The notes under the pieces: generated by a model
The model's database searches: none
Seen by the model: the letters and a program-made list of their open reading frames with translations, nothing else
Told to the model about the DNA's origin: nothing
Position numbers and translations under genes: made by a program
DNA from: Raillietiella orientalis
Lineage: Eukaryota
Direction of reading: 5' to 3'
Length of the DNA: 64,000 bases
Assembly (NCBI GenBank): GCA_036172245.1
Contig: JAYWIR010000012.1
Location: 3,162,001-3,226,000 of the forward strand
Shown here: positions 25,200-39,714 of the stretch, one piece after another
How the letters are laid out: every line of letters begins with the position of its first letter
Position numbering within the stretch: the stretch's first letter is position 1

Positions 25200-26884
25200 C
25201 CTGGTGGCATGATAACCAGGTCACGACCAATTAGGGCATGAGTCCCCAATTGGTCTGGGACGGCGTGCAACCCATTCAAAAGTAAAGACGCTACAAGTCC
25301 GAGGGGACGACGCCCACTACTCTTATGGACAGCGTTCTTTGGTTTTCGTCGTTTCTTCCTTCCTAGAAGCAACTGCAGGTGGTGGCCGTCTCCCTGGCAA
25401 CTTCTTCCTCTCGCAGGTGAAGCGGCCTTGCAGCCGTCCTCATCAAGGCGACTGCCATGCGGACGGCCTCCCTTTGCTGCGAACGGGAATCCAGCACGGA
25501 GCGGGCTGCGAGGCCGGCGCGCGGACGCGGCATCTCGTTGCCATGACGACCGGGCCTGCCGTAGACCCGCCTTGCGTGAGGAAGCGCCGCGGCAAGTCTG
25601 CAGTGGTGCCCTCCGGGTGGCAGACCGCCGGAGCGAGTCGCCAGAGCTGCAGCATCCAACAAGAGGTGAGGTGCGGAAACGAGTCGATCGTCCCGCACCC
25701 GGAACAGTTCAGGGATGCATCTCCCTGGGAAACCAGGTGCCTGCGTTGGTTGCACGGGAATGCGCAGTGCAGAAACAGCAGGATATCCCGTGGTTTCCAC
25801 CGCAATGGGAACACCGAGGTGTCGGCACACAGGGGAGGCAGAGCGAGTTCTTCGGGAAGGGGGGAGGAGAAGGGCACACCGTGAAGGTGGCTCCACCGAA
25901 TGAGCGGCCCCTTCGCTGACTCGGGAACGAGGGACGACGCTGTCGAGTTGGTCGGCTGCAGCCATGCTGCTGGACGACTCCCAGCCCGCCGGTTGGCTGC
26001 TGCCGCCGCTCGCCCAGAGTGGCACAGCGGGCGGGTCGTAACCGTTGTCGACGACCTTGCCCGAGGTGCTTGAAGGCGCTGTTGCCTTGCGCGGGGTCAG
26101 GGATTGTGTCTTCCTCTGTGATTGCGCGCGCTCATCTCCGAACGGGATCTCGGAAGGAGAGCCCGGTGAGGCGGCGCCGCAGCAAGAAGAAGAATCGTCC
26201 GTCGGACGACTGGGAAGCGAGCGAGCTGGCGGTCGCCGTCGCGCTTCATTCCCGGGAGAAGGGGCTGCTTCGGTGGAGAGATCGGTTGGGTGCTGAGCTA
26301 GTTGCCCTGGGATTTCCGGATGTGCAACTAGATGTGGGGAATGGCTTCCAGGGGACTTGCGCCCTCCAACTGCTCGAGGTGCGGGGCGATCGACCCGCCT
26401 GCACCTGCTTTCGGGCTGCTGCGCCCGACGGGATCTGCGGGGAAGACTGGCTTCAGTGCTCGGAGACACCTGGAGAGCACGGCCAAGGACTTGCTGCAGC
26501 GAGTGTTTGCGTGCGGAGGACTCCCGACAGGCGGCGCAATTGCAGCGAGATGCTGCATCCGCTGGCTGTTGGAGTATCGGACTCGGCGAAGGGAGGTTAC
26601 CCGCCTCATGAGGACGCCTGCGAAGTGGAAGGCTCGCTGGAGAAGGTCGCCAAGGAGGTAGCCACCTTGGAGCGCCGGTTATGGGGGGGTGTCTCCTACC
26701 AAAGTTCCCTGTCCCTACCTTCCCTTTATTGATTGATTTGTTGTCCACCTCCTTCCCGCTCCAGACTTCTTCAGCAACCGAGCTGCTTGCCGGTGAGCTC
26801 TCTCCTTGAACTTTCTGCAGCTTTGGGAGACTGCGTTCCCGATTTGTTTGTCCATTATTCTTGAGTTCACGCCCCGGCGTGACC
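25200..26884 (+). mobile_element. Decayed L1/Tx1-like LINE: RT, zinc finger, C-terminus, 3' UTR
   Basis: Motifs occur in order across frameshifts: PFKSKDATSPRGRRPLLL (PK.GD...WRPISL-like), GTVQGCISLG (GVRQGCPLS-like), CSRCGAID..LHLLSGC (CCHC zinc finger), ARCCIRW...MRTPAKWK. The terminal acgccccggcgtgacc lies at 26869. Confidence 0.65.
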
Positions 26885-27379
26885 TTCTCATCCAGGATAG
26901 CACTTCAGATAAACCAATCAAAACGGAACAGTCAGAGACGGACACGAGTGTGCCCGAACCCACAGGGACTGCCCTCTCACAGAACTGGGGAGGAGAGGGA
27001 CAGTGAATAAATAAATTCGTAGGAAAAGGGATGGACCGGCCTCAGGAAAGCAGAGGAACCCTTGTTGATTCTCTCCGTAGGCGGAAGAGCCCACATGGGC
27101 TGTCCCTTAAGGATCGCGGGGGTAGACATCGTCGTGCAAGAGGAGCATGGTACCAGTGGCTGCTCGCTCTTGTACCGGAAATCAAGAGAGTCCATCGGAC
27201 CTGGATCGTGCTGAACCATGTAGCAACTGAACCCCTGAGTTCTCGTTCCTAGGAACAACAAGACGGCCAGAGGGCTTGTGAGGAGTTTTGTGTCCTTATT
27301 CTTCACAAGGAGTATGCGGGTGGTTCCTCACTGCGCCGAATGTGCTCCTCCATCCTTCGGGTCCACAGTCTGAGAATCT

Positions 27380-27800
27380 CCTCGACCTTCGTCTTCCAGG
27401 ATGTTCCGGGATTCTGATCTCCAGGCGTGTGGCAACGTCTCAGCCCCTCTTGTTCGCCTTGCGTCTTGTGCTCGTCTGGAAATCCTTTCTAGGAAAGTCG
27501 ACCTCAACCCCGCGTCAGTGCACTTGCAGTCCTTGCCCTCCTCCGCGGTGTGGGTATGCTGCCTGGGTCACATCGGAGGGGGAAATCGAGGCGGCGCGAA
27601 GACCTGCGATCCGACTCCGGTCGAGTTGCGCCGCTTCCAGAAGGGACTCCCTCAGGGCAGGGCTCAGGCGAAGACAAGGAAGGTGTGTCGCCTTCCGGAA
27701 AGCAGGATGTCTGCAGAAGAAGAGAGCAGGACTTTTGGAAGTGTCTTTGGCTTCTCCTTTTACTGGTTCACCACCAAATTCTTTCTTTTCTAGGACGAGG
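27380..27800 (+). mobile_element. LINE C-terminal fragment
   Basis: CGNVS..LLF...VW and LPSSAVWVCCLGHI resemble the zinc-finger/C-terminal segment of other copies. A T-rich tract follows. Confidence 0.35.
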
Positions 27801-28049
27801 TTGCTTCTTTGCTACCGCATCCTCATCCACCACCGTTAACCATAGTCAAGACGCATCCTCGACTACTGCCGTGTCACGTGGACCGCTACGAACCCTTTGA
27901 GATTCCGTGGGTGGGAAGGATCAAATGGGTCTTTGGATGAATTTAGGCCGTATTCCCGAGGGAAGCAAGAGATGATGGAAAGGAGCACCCATCAGGGTGC
28001 TCCTTTCGCCATCAGCTGTCCGCCCTCATGAGCCAGCTGATGGCAACTT

Positions 28050-31000
28050 CCTTGACGTGTCGCGAGGGTTTGTCGCGGCTCCTGGGAAAAGAATAGTTGC
28101 CGGATGGGAATGAGAGGGTAGGGAATATCTTCTCCCCTGATCCACTGTCGCGGATTCTGGGGGTATCTGCTGAGGTGGTTGGGGGCGACCTCGTCGACAA
28201 CGGACTCGTCCCATTTGGGTGGAGCGTGGAGAGAGAGCTGGGAAGGGAATCCTCCTGCCACCCCAGCAAGCAGAGGGACCACAGCGGAGCGACTAGAACA
28301 TGGCGGAGGACGAGCAGCAGACAAGGAAGCGACAGCGACGGAAGCTGCGAAAACGAGCGAGGCGCCCACATCGTTGTCACGAGCAACCGTTGGCCGCTGT
28401 CTCACCAACCCTAGCGTTCATGTAGACCACAGAGCAAAGAGCAACCGCCGGAACCGAGACACTTGGAAAGGATGGCCCCGTGACACCGTAGCGACCTTGG
28501 TCTGGAACGAACCATCGTCGCCACCTTCCCCAGGGTGCCCTCAAGAACAACACGGTGCGCGACATCTGCGTGGCTATTTCCACCGGAAGGGAATCGAACT
28601 CGACTGGATTTTCTTCGTTGCGCGTGGCGGTGACGAGAACCTGGCCTCGATGTCGCAGGCGATTTCGTTGACAACGGGCTCGTGACAAACCATGGGGGAA
28701 CCCTGCACGGAGTCTCCGAGCACGCCCTTATGATGGTGCACCTGTCCGGCACGGAGGTGCACCATCGTAATGAGCAGACCGTGGCGACCCCGCGCCTGTG
28801 CACAGTCTGCTCGCTGCTGCTCCCGTCCGCGGAAGTTCGCCGCATCTTCAGCATGCCTAGCAGGAAGAAGCTCATCTCCGTCGCCTATCACTGGTCTCCG
28901 AAGGCGTGGTCTTTCCTCGTTCGGAGGGCTTCTGGATTTCAGCACCCGCGAAGGTCAATACATCGGGTCGTCAAGGCGGCCTCTCCTCAGGAGGGAACAA
29001 CGGAAGATATTCCCTATGAGGAAGTTGGTCTCCAGAGCTGCCTGAGGGACTCTCAGAGTCGAAGAGCATCACAGGATGCGCGGAACCGAGCCGTCACCGT
29101 CTGCCGGAAAGTCCCGACGTCCGGACGGACGAAAGGTGGCGTCCCGAAGGGACTCCCCCAGCGGTTCGGACAGCCCCCAAAAGACCTTGGTGGACACCCG
29201 TCGACAAGTCGATGCCGTTGGAGTGCTCGTCAGGGTACTCGACCACCCTCATAGTTGATTACTGGTCTGCAAGGCAGCACTTTAGGGGCAGTGGGGTGAA
29301 GTCGTCCTCCTCCAGGAAGAGGCTCACCAGAACGGCTGCTTCGGGGATCAGGTTCTCGCGGATCCGTGCGTGAGGAAGGGCATCTGGGGATCTCCACCCT
29401 GGCGCGCCTGGATTCACGTTTGGAAAAGGTGCGAGTCGCCTGTGAGGAGGAGCAGCCCGGAATGGTGTTTGGCCAGAGGACTACCCGCGCGTGCCCCGGC
29501 GGCAGATGCCGGAAGTGCGGAAAGTCCGGTCACGCAGCGGCCCGCTCACGCCAGGACCCTGCTCTTCTCGCCAGACCACCACGAGCGCCAAAGTGGCGAC
29601 GAGTGCAACGAGCGGCTGGCATTCCAGGGACTCCTGGCCCCGAAAGGGATCCCGAAGGACCCATCATCGATCGAGCGCTGCAACCCCGCTTCTGAACAAA
29701 GGAAGGTCTCTTTCGTCCATGAAGGAAGGCCAGGAATGAAGTTCTAGACACGTCAGAATTGCCCGCCTTCGAGACCAAGGGACGCAAGCACTCCAACGGG
29801 CAGTATCACCCAGCGGGAAGCTATCGTAGGGACGGCAGACGGATCCTCGAACCAACGCAGGAGGCCCTGGTGCACTGAGATCGACTGTGGATGACCTTCA
29901 CCGAGGGTCTTCTCGATGATCAGTTGAGATTCTTCGTCGTTGAGGGCCACTGTCGAGACAAAGTTTTACGCAGCCATCGACCTCATGGTCGCCTTCGTCA
30001 GAAGAAAGGAGACGCAGTTGGATGGACAGTAAGGTCACCCTTCCCGACGCAGGGAGCACCAGCCACACCAGAAGAGACCCCTCCAGCGTCATGACGTCGT
30101 GGGGGTACCAGCTGATATCTCGGCTAGCAAGAGGAACGCCCGCGAAGTGTGCAACCCCCCCAAAGAACCTAAAGCAAAGCTAGGGGTGGTCCGGAAAGGT
30201 GACCCAGACCATGACCTGCCTCAAGCAGGCGTAGGGCGTCGTCGAGTCCCTGCCACCTACGGGGAAACCCGAGGTCGCATCCTGAGAAGCACTCCCCGTA
30301 TGAAGAGAAAGACTTCGAATGGGTGAACACCCCTTCGCCATTGGAACGTTAAGGGAACTCGTCACCAGGGGGGGAGAAGCTGAGGCAGGGTGCTACCCCA
30401 AGCTCTACACCACACCCAGCGAGAGTCCAGGAAGCGGAGCAACAAGTCGCTAAGGAACGAGGAGACGAGGGGCAGAGCGATGCGCGGTAGGGCACTCTAG
30501 TTCTCCCCCTCCTCCTATTCCTCCCCCTTCTCCACTTTCCGCAAACCCACCGTTACCCGGTGAGAAAACCTGGAGTGTCAAGGGCAAAGTTCAAAGTGCT
30601 ACCAGGAGGTCCTCTTTGTTCTCTCCTGCCGGACTCTTCGATGTTAAAGGAGCACATGAATTTGCTCCACCGCACGTGGGGCTGGGGAAAACGCAAGGAA
30701 TCGATCCCCACCCCCCTCTCCACCCGCAGGGAGGGTTTCCCAGGAACATGACTCCGCAACTCCCCTTCTTCGTCCCCCACGCCGAACCCAGAGGGTTGAA
30801 TCCCGCATCGCCTCGGTAGAGCGATGGGGACCGAGAGGTGCACGTGTCGCGAGGGCGGGGGCGCTGATCCTGGGTGTGTCGGAAGAGGATGAGAGAGAAG
30901 AGAATGTCCGTTCCTCTGATCCACTGTCGTGGATTCTGGGGCCATCTATCGAGATAGGCTGGACGGCTGATGCACCTTCGAGACGGGCGTTGATGCGTCG

Positions 31001-31400
31001 CGGAACACCCCATCTTCAAGTGCCCTTGCGCCCCCGCTCTCGAGACCTGATACCCGGCCTCAGCCTGATAGTGCAATGCAGGAAGAATCGGCGGGAGCAC
31101 CCCGCACGCACGTCTACGGATGTGTCGGTGCACGCGAGTTTCCGCCTTCCCCGGCAGATGGTGGCGTTGCCTTCTTCCTCCGGCGCCCCTCGACTTTCTG
31201 TCGGCACCCCTCCCTTTCCCTTTGGGCGTGTCCTCCCACGAGTCTTCCCGGCGTTCGCTGCCGACCTGCGTTCCCTCTCGCACGACCACAGGAGTGAAGG
31301 AGTAGCCGCCGTGGCTTCCACCTGCCGAGCAGGAAGCGGAAAAGAGGCAGATTGCGTTTCCGCTTCCCCTCGCCCCCTCCCCTAGCGACCCTCTGGCCGC
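28050..31400 (+). mobile_element. Cluster of nested LINE fragments (ORF1 zinc knuckle and ORF2 pieces)
   Basis: CRKCGKSGH gag-type knuckle at ~29505-29535. Homologous segments ctgatccactgtcg.ggattctgggg at ~28137 and ~30915 encode SRILGV and SWILGP (RT 'ILG' motif). YFHRKG.ELDWIF...SEH is endonuclease-like. Confidence 0.5.
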
Positions 31401-33499
31401 CGCCTCCCCGAAACGGCACCCGGCTGCTCATCTTCCTGGAGAAGGAACGGGAAGTGCCGGAAGGCGCGACCCGCACATACCACCCCGACGTCCCTTCTTT
31501 CACTCCCCTACCCCCTCCCCAATGCTGAGGCTTTTCCCAGGAGTGCCCTCCTGGAGAGGGAGGTCAGCCTCGGTCGGCGCCGCTTCTCGGGGAGGATGGG
31601 AGCGAGTGACTTCCAACGTGAAGCACGAAAAGGGGGGACACAGCGCGTATCCCTGCGCTTCCTGCGTGCGGAACTTCCTGGGTGTTCCCTTTCTGCCGGG
31701 AGACGCAGAAGTGCCGTCGTTCCCTCGGGAATGCGCGCGCTCGCCCCTCCTCACCTGCGGGGATCGATCCAGTTGATGCTCTTCTTGAAGGACACTGCTA
31801 TTGATGATAACGATGACGACGACGACGAGAGAGAGACGTCGAGCAGCTGCCTCTTCACCCCTCCCCAGGCCAGCCTTCACAGGGAGGGGGGGGGGGGGAG
31901 AGACCCACTCCGAGGCGTTATCGACGGTGTGTCTGCTACCGAAGACGGCGCGAGAAGGTGACGCCCATGCTAATGAGGTCCAGGCGTGGGCAGCTGGCCG
32001 CAAACTCCGGCTCTCAGCGGCGGGAGCTCGACGGCCGCGAATCACGCGAGAATTCCGGGGAGCTGTGCCGGGAACGGAGGAAAGGGGGGGGGGAGGGAGG
32101 GAGACCCTCTCGTTCCTCACGATCTCACCGACGGAAACTTCCGAACGGAACCTTTCCCGTCTGGAGGCAGAGGAGGAAGGAGGGAAGGAACTTCTTCCCC
32201 CTACCCAATACCGCGAGCGGGTGCAGAGTCGACTGCCTCTTGGTAACCCCGGGGAAAGACAACGCCTGGGGCGAACGCGCCTCCCGGAGCTCCCCCACCC
32301 CCTGAGGTACACCAAGGCTCCGCCACGCACGGAACCGGGTTCTGCTGTCGACTTCCGGGACGAGGATGTCGGGCTAACCCTCTGAAAGGCGACCCTCAAG
32401 CTGCCCCTCGGTCAGGCCTCCTTGCCTGAGGTTTCGCAGAGAACGTAGAACCACTCCCGAGCAGCAGTTTCATCCAAAGAAGTCCGTCGACGACAAGTGG
32501 GTGGAAGTTTCGAAAGGCGGCTAAAAGTGGGTCCATCCCTACAAGAGGAAAAGTGGAGCTATGGTCGACCGCCGTTTCCCTGGGACGCCGAGGTTTGTCC
32601 CGGCGGAATGACCGAACCTGAAGGAAACCTCGGGGCTGTTTGAGAACCACGGCTGCCATCGGCGAGGTCGCAGCCGGGTTCGCGGACTCGCTGTTCCTGA
32701 AGCTCCAGGACAATGCATCCGTCTCCCGCGGAGAAGCCCCTAAACCAGAAGGAACTGTCGCCTTGATCTTCGGTGAGCCAGGAACCTCCCCAGCAGTAGG
32801 GGGCAGAAGCTTCCGGCGGACCTCGAAGTATCCCAATCCTAAAGGGAGGAACCTATCTCTCCTCTCGTGGGATGGATCCCCTGCTCCTTCCACTCCCCTC
32901 GCCTCGTGGTTTCGCTTTCTTTGCTTTTCTCTCACGACGTCCTCGGAAACGCCTCCACCCGGTCGCACCACTCCGTCTGCCGGCCTTTCCCGAGGGAGCG
33001 CCCGTGCTATCTGGGTCTCGGCTGAGTCGCATGGCGCGATCGCGTGACCCCGTCACAAGCCTTTCCTGGAATTAATTAAGCGGCATCGCGTGAATGACGT
33101 CACTACGAGCGCGCGATGCGTTTCCTTCCTTGACGAGCGTGGCAGGAGGGTCTGTGTGACGCGCATCCAGTTGACAGTCTTTTGCGAGACTGGGGACCCG
33201 TCTTTCACGGAAGCGGCAGCGAGTGGGCCACGACTTGCAGACGGCTGCAGTCGCGCCCAGGGCCTGTTCCCGGTGACACTCCCTCCCGTTGCCAGGGTTG
33301 CGAGGGTACGGCCGCTATTAGTCCCTCGGTTCTCTTGTGTGGAGATCCTCTTCCGGAAGAAGAAGCCGATATTCTCCTACGGGGAGGCGTTTGTCTCACG
33401 TGCTTCCTCCGGGTCAGAACAACGGAAACGTCCGTGTTGGACAAGTGGCTCAGCACCTACGAAGCAGGGTTGCATAGCAGCTAGGAGGGCGTTAGCAAC

Positions 33500-34600
33500 G
33501 AAGCAACAATGAAGAACGAAATATAACCTCAACAATGGAGTGATTGCGAGAACAACAATGAAGGGTTCCAATTGTGGATCGCATCCTGAATGCTTCCCTC
33601 GTCGTTTTCACCGAGAGAATCGAACCTCCTGACACTGACGACGCACTGAAGATCAAAGGGCATCGTTTGCCGACTTTCCTCCGCGCTGAGATTCCCTTCC
33701 AGGATGAAGGGGAAGCAAACAGACGCGAACGGAAAAAAGGGAGGGAAAGGGGTCGGGGGTGCTGGAGAAGGAAACGCGGTCTTCGAATCAAAGAACGGTC
33801 CAAGTCCGTTTCCGCACGGGATCCGTTCGGATGTGCGCACCGTGCACGCAGCGTGCAGCATGGCGGGGACAGTTCTACCGCAGCGAGCCAGGTCATCCGG
33901 GACCTGGGTAGCGCGGACGCTCCCCGGGGCGGGTTGCACGCAGGCGGAGCAGCGCGACAGGAAGGCAGCGCTTCTCTTACTGCATCGGCAGATTTGGCAA
34001 TGGTTTGTGTTCACGACGAGGTCCTTTCCGCCCTCCGAGCGGGAGGGCTGGCGAGCTCACCTTCCTGCTCCCACGTCTCCCAGAGGTTTGGAGTCTGGAG
34101 ACTTTGCGGGGGTGCTCCCTCCTCGAACCGACTCGGGTGCCTCTCTTGCGGTCCGCGCCGAAGATAAAATCCCATTCGGCGGATGGCTGAGACCTCGGCG
34201 TCATGGAGAGTTTCGCGCCCGTAGCCTCCGGGGCAGGTGAGGAGGAAGGAAGGAAAAGTCACGCATGATAGAATCCTCACGGGATTCGATTGGAATCTTC
34301 GGAGAGCGGCCGCGGAGGCGGTATCTCCTGGAGCGTGGAAGGTAGGAAGGAGAATCTCCTAAAGACAGGGCGCAGCGAGATGACCTATAGCAGGCGGCGG
34401 CGACAACCGCCTGCGGGGCGCGGATCTACCGGGCACCGCGCAGGGTCTGCGAAAGGGTTCCCGATGCCGAGGCACCTTTAGGTCATCTCTGCATGGCAAG
34501 TGCGCCCCAAGACAGCGAAGGTGCACACCGCAGGGGCGTTTCGACGGACAGCCTGCTGATCACGCTGGAGTGGTGCTCGGGAGAACCCCGAGCATTCTGC
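33500..34600 (+). mobile_element. Decayed APE endonuclease fragment of a LINE
   Basis: VVFTE (LxET-like), GDF (GDFN-like) and STDSLLITLEW (SDH-like) appear in the expected order across frameshifts. Confidence 0.35.
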
Positions 34601-37600
34601 CGGAACCACCCACACCCTCGGAGACGGGTTACGTGCCACGCAGGCGTCGCCGCTTCATTCTTGTTGAGAGCTAGTTCGGCTCATCACGCGGTGCGCAGCA
34701 GCAGCAGCAGCGCCGTGGGACCGTCTGCTCTTCCCGCTATCAGCAATGCTGCGAGACCCCGGTGGCGATTGCTGCGCAGAGGCCGTGATCCCGGAGGGAC
34801 TGCACCCTCCTCCGTCTCCTCACACAGGTCCATTTGTCGTCCAGGCGGGAATCGCTACCAAGAGGGGCTCCCCCTCTCTTCACCCTTCCCTTCCCTGTCT
34901 TTCGAGGAGAAACGGCAGGGATCCCGGCGGCGGAAGGGGAGTGCATCCTCCACTGCGCTCCGCTGCGGAAGCTGGGATGCCGCATCCCTCGCGAGCGGGT
35001 AAGGGCGAAATCTTGGGGGTGATTCCGGAGTCGCCAGCCCACTCTCACCTCACCTCTTTAAAGATGGAGAGTCTGGAGAAAAAGGATGGCGGGCGGCAGG
35101 GAGCAAGGCGGAGCCAGCGCTGTCGACCGCCGATCACCCCGTCCTTCCCAGTGCCGCTGCGGGCAGCGACCACTGCCCATGCCTTGCTCCGCCCCATCCC
35201 ACTTGCTCGCAACCTTGAACCGCTCCCCTCCGGAGAGACCTTGGGCGCGCGCACACGCGTGTTTCCCTCGATGAAACGGGCGGAAATTCCGTCTACCCCC
35301 CTCCCCCATGCTATCCCCTCCCCCCCCTTCTCTTCTTACTCGTCTCGGATGCGTGCGAAGAGCGCGCCCGTTTCCTTGTGATGCTGCAGCCTGCAGCTTC
35401 CATCCATCAGTTTGACAGGGAAACGGCGCAGGATCTTCTTATCGTCTTGCAGACGCGTCTTTGCTTCGAGAAAGAAGGAAAGGGGAGAGAGGGAGAGAAA
35501 GGGGAAGGAGCAGGGGGAGGGGAAGGAGGAAGAGAAATCCGGAAGGCAAAACGAAAAAACGAAAAAAAGGCGCGAGGGGAGACCCATCGAGACGCCAACA
35601 GGGAGGGAGGTAGCACCTCGCGCGCGCGAGGAGCCAACAAACCTTTCCTTCGGTTTCCTTTTTTCTTCCTCCCTCTCTCCTGGAAGGATCGCCGTATCCA
35701 TGGCAGCGATCTTGACTTCACCGGAGAAGTCGCTAAGCGAGGAGCGGAAAGGAAAGCCAGTTGAGGGGGGGGAGGGAAGGGAGGGGGCAAGTTCTTTGCT
35801 TCCGAATAGATGCAGCATCTTCCGTCGGGACGCTCACGCGCATCCCGACCTCGCTAAGGGCGGATCGCATCCGTCATCATGGGCGGAGGAGGCGAGGACC
35901 GTTTCCTCTATTTAATGTGATCGCGGACCGTCGCTTCCCCCCCTTCCTCCTCTCCGCACTCTAGCTGCTCTGCAGTCTGCCTCCCGCGGCTGCTGGCGGT
36001 GCAGATCGAAGCGCCCACTCTTCCGGCACTCCCAGAGTTCGCCCCCCCTCCTGACGACAGGAGTGGGGAAGGGACGGGGACACTGCCTTGCTCTCCTTTC
36101 TTCTCGGCCTACGGCAGTGGTTTAGGGACGGATGCTTTCGGGACCGAAACAAAAAAAAAAGGGAGAAAGGGAGGAGCTCTAAGGAGAGTTGGAAATGGAG
36201 AATAGGGATCGAATCTACAATCCCTCCCTACGGCCGTCCAGCTGCAGCTCACTTCGCGCCACTGCGCCAGCAGCGGTCGCCACCCAAGCGTCTCCCTCAG
36301 CCGAGCCCACGAGAACGGTGGGACGAAATAAACGCGAAGGCAAGGGTGAAACTGGTAAAAAGGGAAAGGGAGAAGAAAGAGGAAGAAAGGTAGCCTCCAG
36401 ATTTTGGTGCGTAGGAAGGATGCCACTGCCAGTGGCAGGTCGCATCAGCGCGGATGGCGTAGCCGCGACCTACAGCGGACGAGCAAGAGAATTAAGGGGG
36501 AGGGGAGCAGGGAAGGACTGGTCTGGCCTTGCACTCGTAAGGAGCAGACCAGCTCTTCCGTAGCTTCATTTTCTTCTCGTAGTGCGAAAGCCGCAGTTCT
36601 CCTTCCAAATACGAGCGCCGAGCGTGAAGAGTGCGACGACGTCATGGTGACCGGACCCGTCTCCGACATTCTCCCGAAGTCAAGGCACCACCGGAGGTTC
36701 CTGCTGGATGCGTATCCGAAGCTCAGATTAGATACGCCCTCTCACGCCCGCTGCTGGACGATCGACTTGCAGTCTGAACGGCCGCGGAGCAGCGGCGAAA
36801 TGGCGCGGCGTCTCTCTGTCCCGCTCCCGTTTCCCGTGTTCCCGCCGACGCTGTCCGGGGCTTTCTTCCCACACACACGCACGAACGCGACACCGGAAAA
36901 TGAAGATGGAGCATTGTGGCGCAGGAGGCGGACACCCAGAACTGGCGTTCTTTTTGTGGTGGAAAAGGTAGCCATGGCGGAACTTGCGCCAGGGGTGGGA
37001 CCGGAGAGATCTGGGCCACTTGCCGAGCGGTCCTCGAAAGGACGATGCTCCAGAGCCGAGGAGTGGAAATATGGCACTAGGCGACGTCGACCCTTGCATC
37101 GTGTGAGAAACGCTCCGGAGCACTCACTATGCCCGGAAGTGATCGGTGCATGCCGGAAAAGACTGGGCAGGGAGGCTCGAAGGCCGGTCTCCATGGCGCG
37201 GAGTCAGGCGGGGGACACAGCAGAGTCGCCGCTCCATCTTTGGCTGTAGCGGGAAGAAAGCATCCAGAGGCATCTCCCTCCCCTCCCCCATCCCTCTCTC
37301 TCGCAAGAAGATAGCGTCCTACAGTCACTAGGGTCGTTCGGAAGGCGACAGAGGCTCTGGGGAGCAGTTCTCCCGCTCCGCTTCCTCACCCGCAGGTTTC
37401 ACTTGTCCTCAGCGGACAGGCGGCCCTGCCATCTAACGGAGAGCCATCGAAGTTTGAAACCAAAGGGTGTGTGTGGAGAAGCTCCAGGGACCCACGGATG
37501 CCAAAATCGATCGATCGCCTCCTCTTCGTAGGTTGGTGGCGCAGCGGGCCTCGACTCGCTGAGACGTACGAGTGCTCCACGGAGGCGGCTCATGAGGTAA

Positions 37601-39714
37601 GGGTAAGGGCGGGGATGGAGCAGGAAAAAACGAGCAGGACTGGGAAGCAGGAAGCGAGGAACTCCAGGAGCTTCTGGGAGTTCTCCCGCAACGGGATGGC
37701 GGGACATGCGAAAAGTCAAAGGTCGCCTTCGTAAGGGATGAGGTGGGGGGGGAGGGAAAAGAGAGAGTGGAACCGATATCCGGCGAATTGGACACGAAAG
37801 CTCTGGGCATCTGAGGAGGTTGGCCCGAGGTGGCCTGACTGGATGGTCCCGAGAGCGCGCTCTCCTGTGGAACCCACCGCCCGTGTCCCCTCCGAGGAGG
37901 CACCAGGAGGGGGACCAGAAGAACCAGGAGGAGAACTCCGAGAGAAGTTCGAAGTCGGGAAGGAACAGGAGGAGAGCACGGTGCGCTTGACTTCGGGTAG
38001 GTCGGGGTCTTCATGACTCCACGAGGCTAACCGGCGTCGGCAGGATGGGAGGGAGGACGCGTGGTGCACCCGCAGAGAGGACGCCGGGCTAACACGGCGG
38101 AACCCTGCCGGCTGAATGAGCGGGACTACCACGGCAGGTCCGATGCTGACCTCTAGCGGGTCACCCCTTGAGAGGTTTTTGTCTGCACCTCGGGAAGTAG
38201 CCTCGGTTGCCGCCTCTTCCGATCGCTCCTCAGGTACCTCTCCTGCCCCTTACACGTTCGCGCAGAGAAAGGAGATGCTGCTGCTGCTGCTGCTGTGCCC
38301 GAAGTTGTTCCTCTCCCGCAGGGGGGAGGGGAAGGGGGGAGAAGGACTGTCCTTCAAGTGGCTGCCCGCTGTGGCAGAATGGTGGTTACTGCCGGACCAC
38401 GCCCTCTGAAGAGCCACGGAGCCTCGCCGCCGCACGAGCGCGGAGATTCCCAGGAGATAACCAGGGAAATGTCTCGCTCCTCCGGTCGACGGGGCAGTGC
38501 ACCCTGGCACGCTGCCAGAGGGGGCGCTTCTTGACTGCCGAGGTTCTCCCTCCCCCTTCCATTTCGAGCATCCATCTTATAGGCAGAGGATGGTCAAGAG
38601 GATGGCTTGAGAACGGAGCTGTGCATGGGGAGAGGAAGGGTCAAGGGAAGTTCTCCTCCTCCCTGTCCAGGAAGGGGAGACCCTAGAGGGGCGGAATCTG
38701 TTGCCCACTGGACGCGCGTCGTCTTTCCGGAGTGGGGATGGAATGGAGCTCTCTTGAGACCTCCAGGTCGCCTCTTCCCGAGCACGTCCCCGGACTTGAG
38801 ACGCAGGCGGATCGATCCCACCCGCTCCTGGCAACCGAAGGGAGTTGGGAGGACGGGCCAGGTCCTCCTCCCTCTGCCCGGCCTCCACGCTCGCATGGCC
38901 CGGGCGCCGCGGCGGGACTCCTGCGCGGAACGGAGGAGGCGGAAGGGAGCGACGGTCGTCGGGGCAACGGCGGGAGCAGAGGGCCCGCCGCCAGATAAGC
39001 CGTGATTTATATGGCGTTCCTCTGGGATGAATCAACCCGCTTGGTTTTCATCTTCCCGGGAGGATTTTCGCGGACGGCAAGGAGCTTTTGCCGACCAAGG
39101 GGGGGTTTCCCGGGCAACGCCTCCCCCTAGGGGCTGCCGGCAGAAGCGACGGGGGCGTCGTGCGCGGGACGGGGGACTCGCATGGGGATTCCGAGGGGAA
39201 GCAACACGTGACGCGAGTCTCCCGTCCTGGAGGAACAAAATTCCCCCGCCCCCCTTCTTCTTTCCCCCCCCCTTCTTTCCCGGAGCGATCGCTCCTTCCC
39301 CTCCTTTCCTCCCCTCTTCCCGGACTTAAATCCATTAGGGGATCCCTGATTTCCAGTTCGCGTGCCCGACCTCGAGCTGCTCTCTGGAAGGGCGTCCCGC
39401 CGATAGGGGCGTCTCGCTGCCTCTCCAGACGCAGGGAGACGGGCGAAGAGACTCAGCACGCACGTCCCGCCTGCGGGAAGGCCGAGGTCGCCAGGAAAAC
39501 GCAGGAGGACGAGCGGGAGGGAAGAAGCAGAAGGACACCCAGCTCTCGTCTGGGATCGCGTCTACGACCGCAGGTCCCGGCAAGGAGAATCGCCCCCGGG
39601 TCTCCTCCTCCTCCTCCTCTTCCTTTCCACCCACGGGGAGTGGGAGAGTTCCAACGTTTCGCTGGACTTGTCCCCCTCTCCCTGCGTAGAGGCTCGTCGA
39701 GAGGGCGATGATAG

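Noticed and set aside
25363..26748. 461-aa - strand ORF (and other long ORFs such as 3799-4809 and 62442-63524)
   Set aside because: They have R/P/S/G-rich composition without domains. They are antisense to LINE remnants or span GC-rich tracts where stop codons are scarce.
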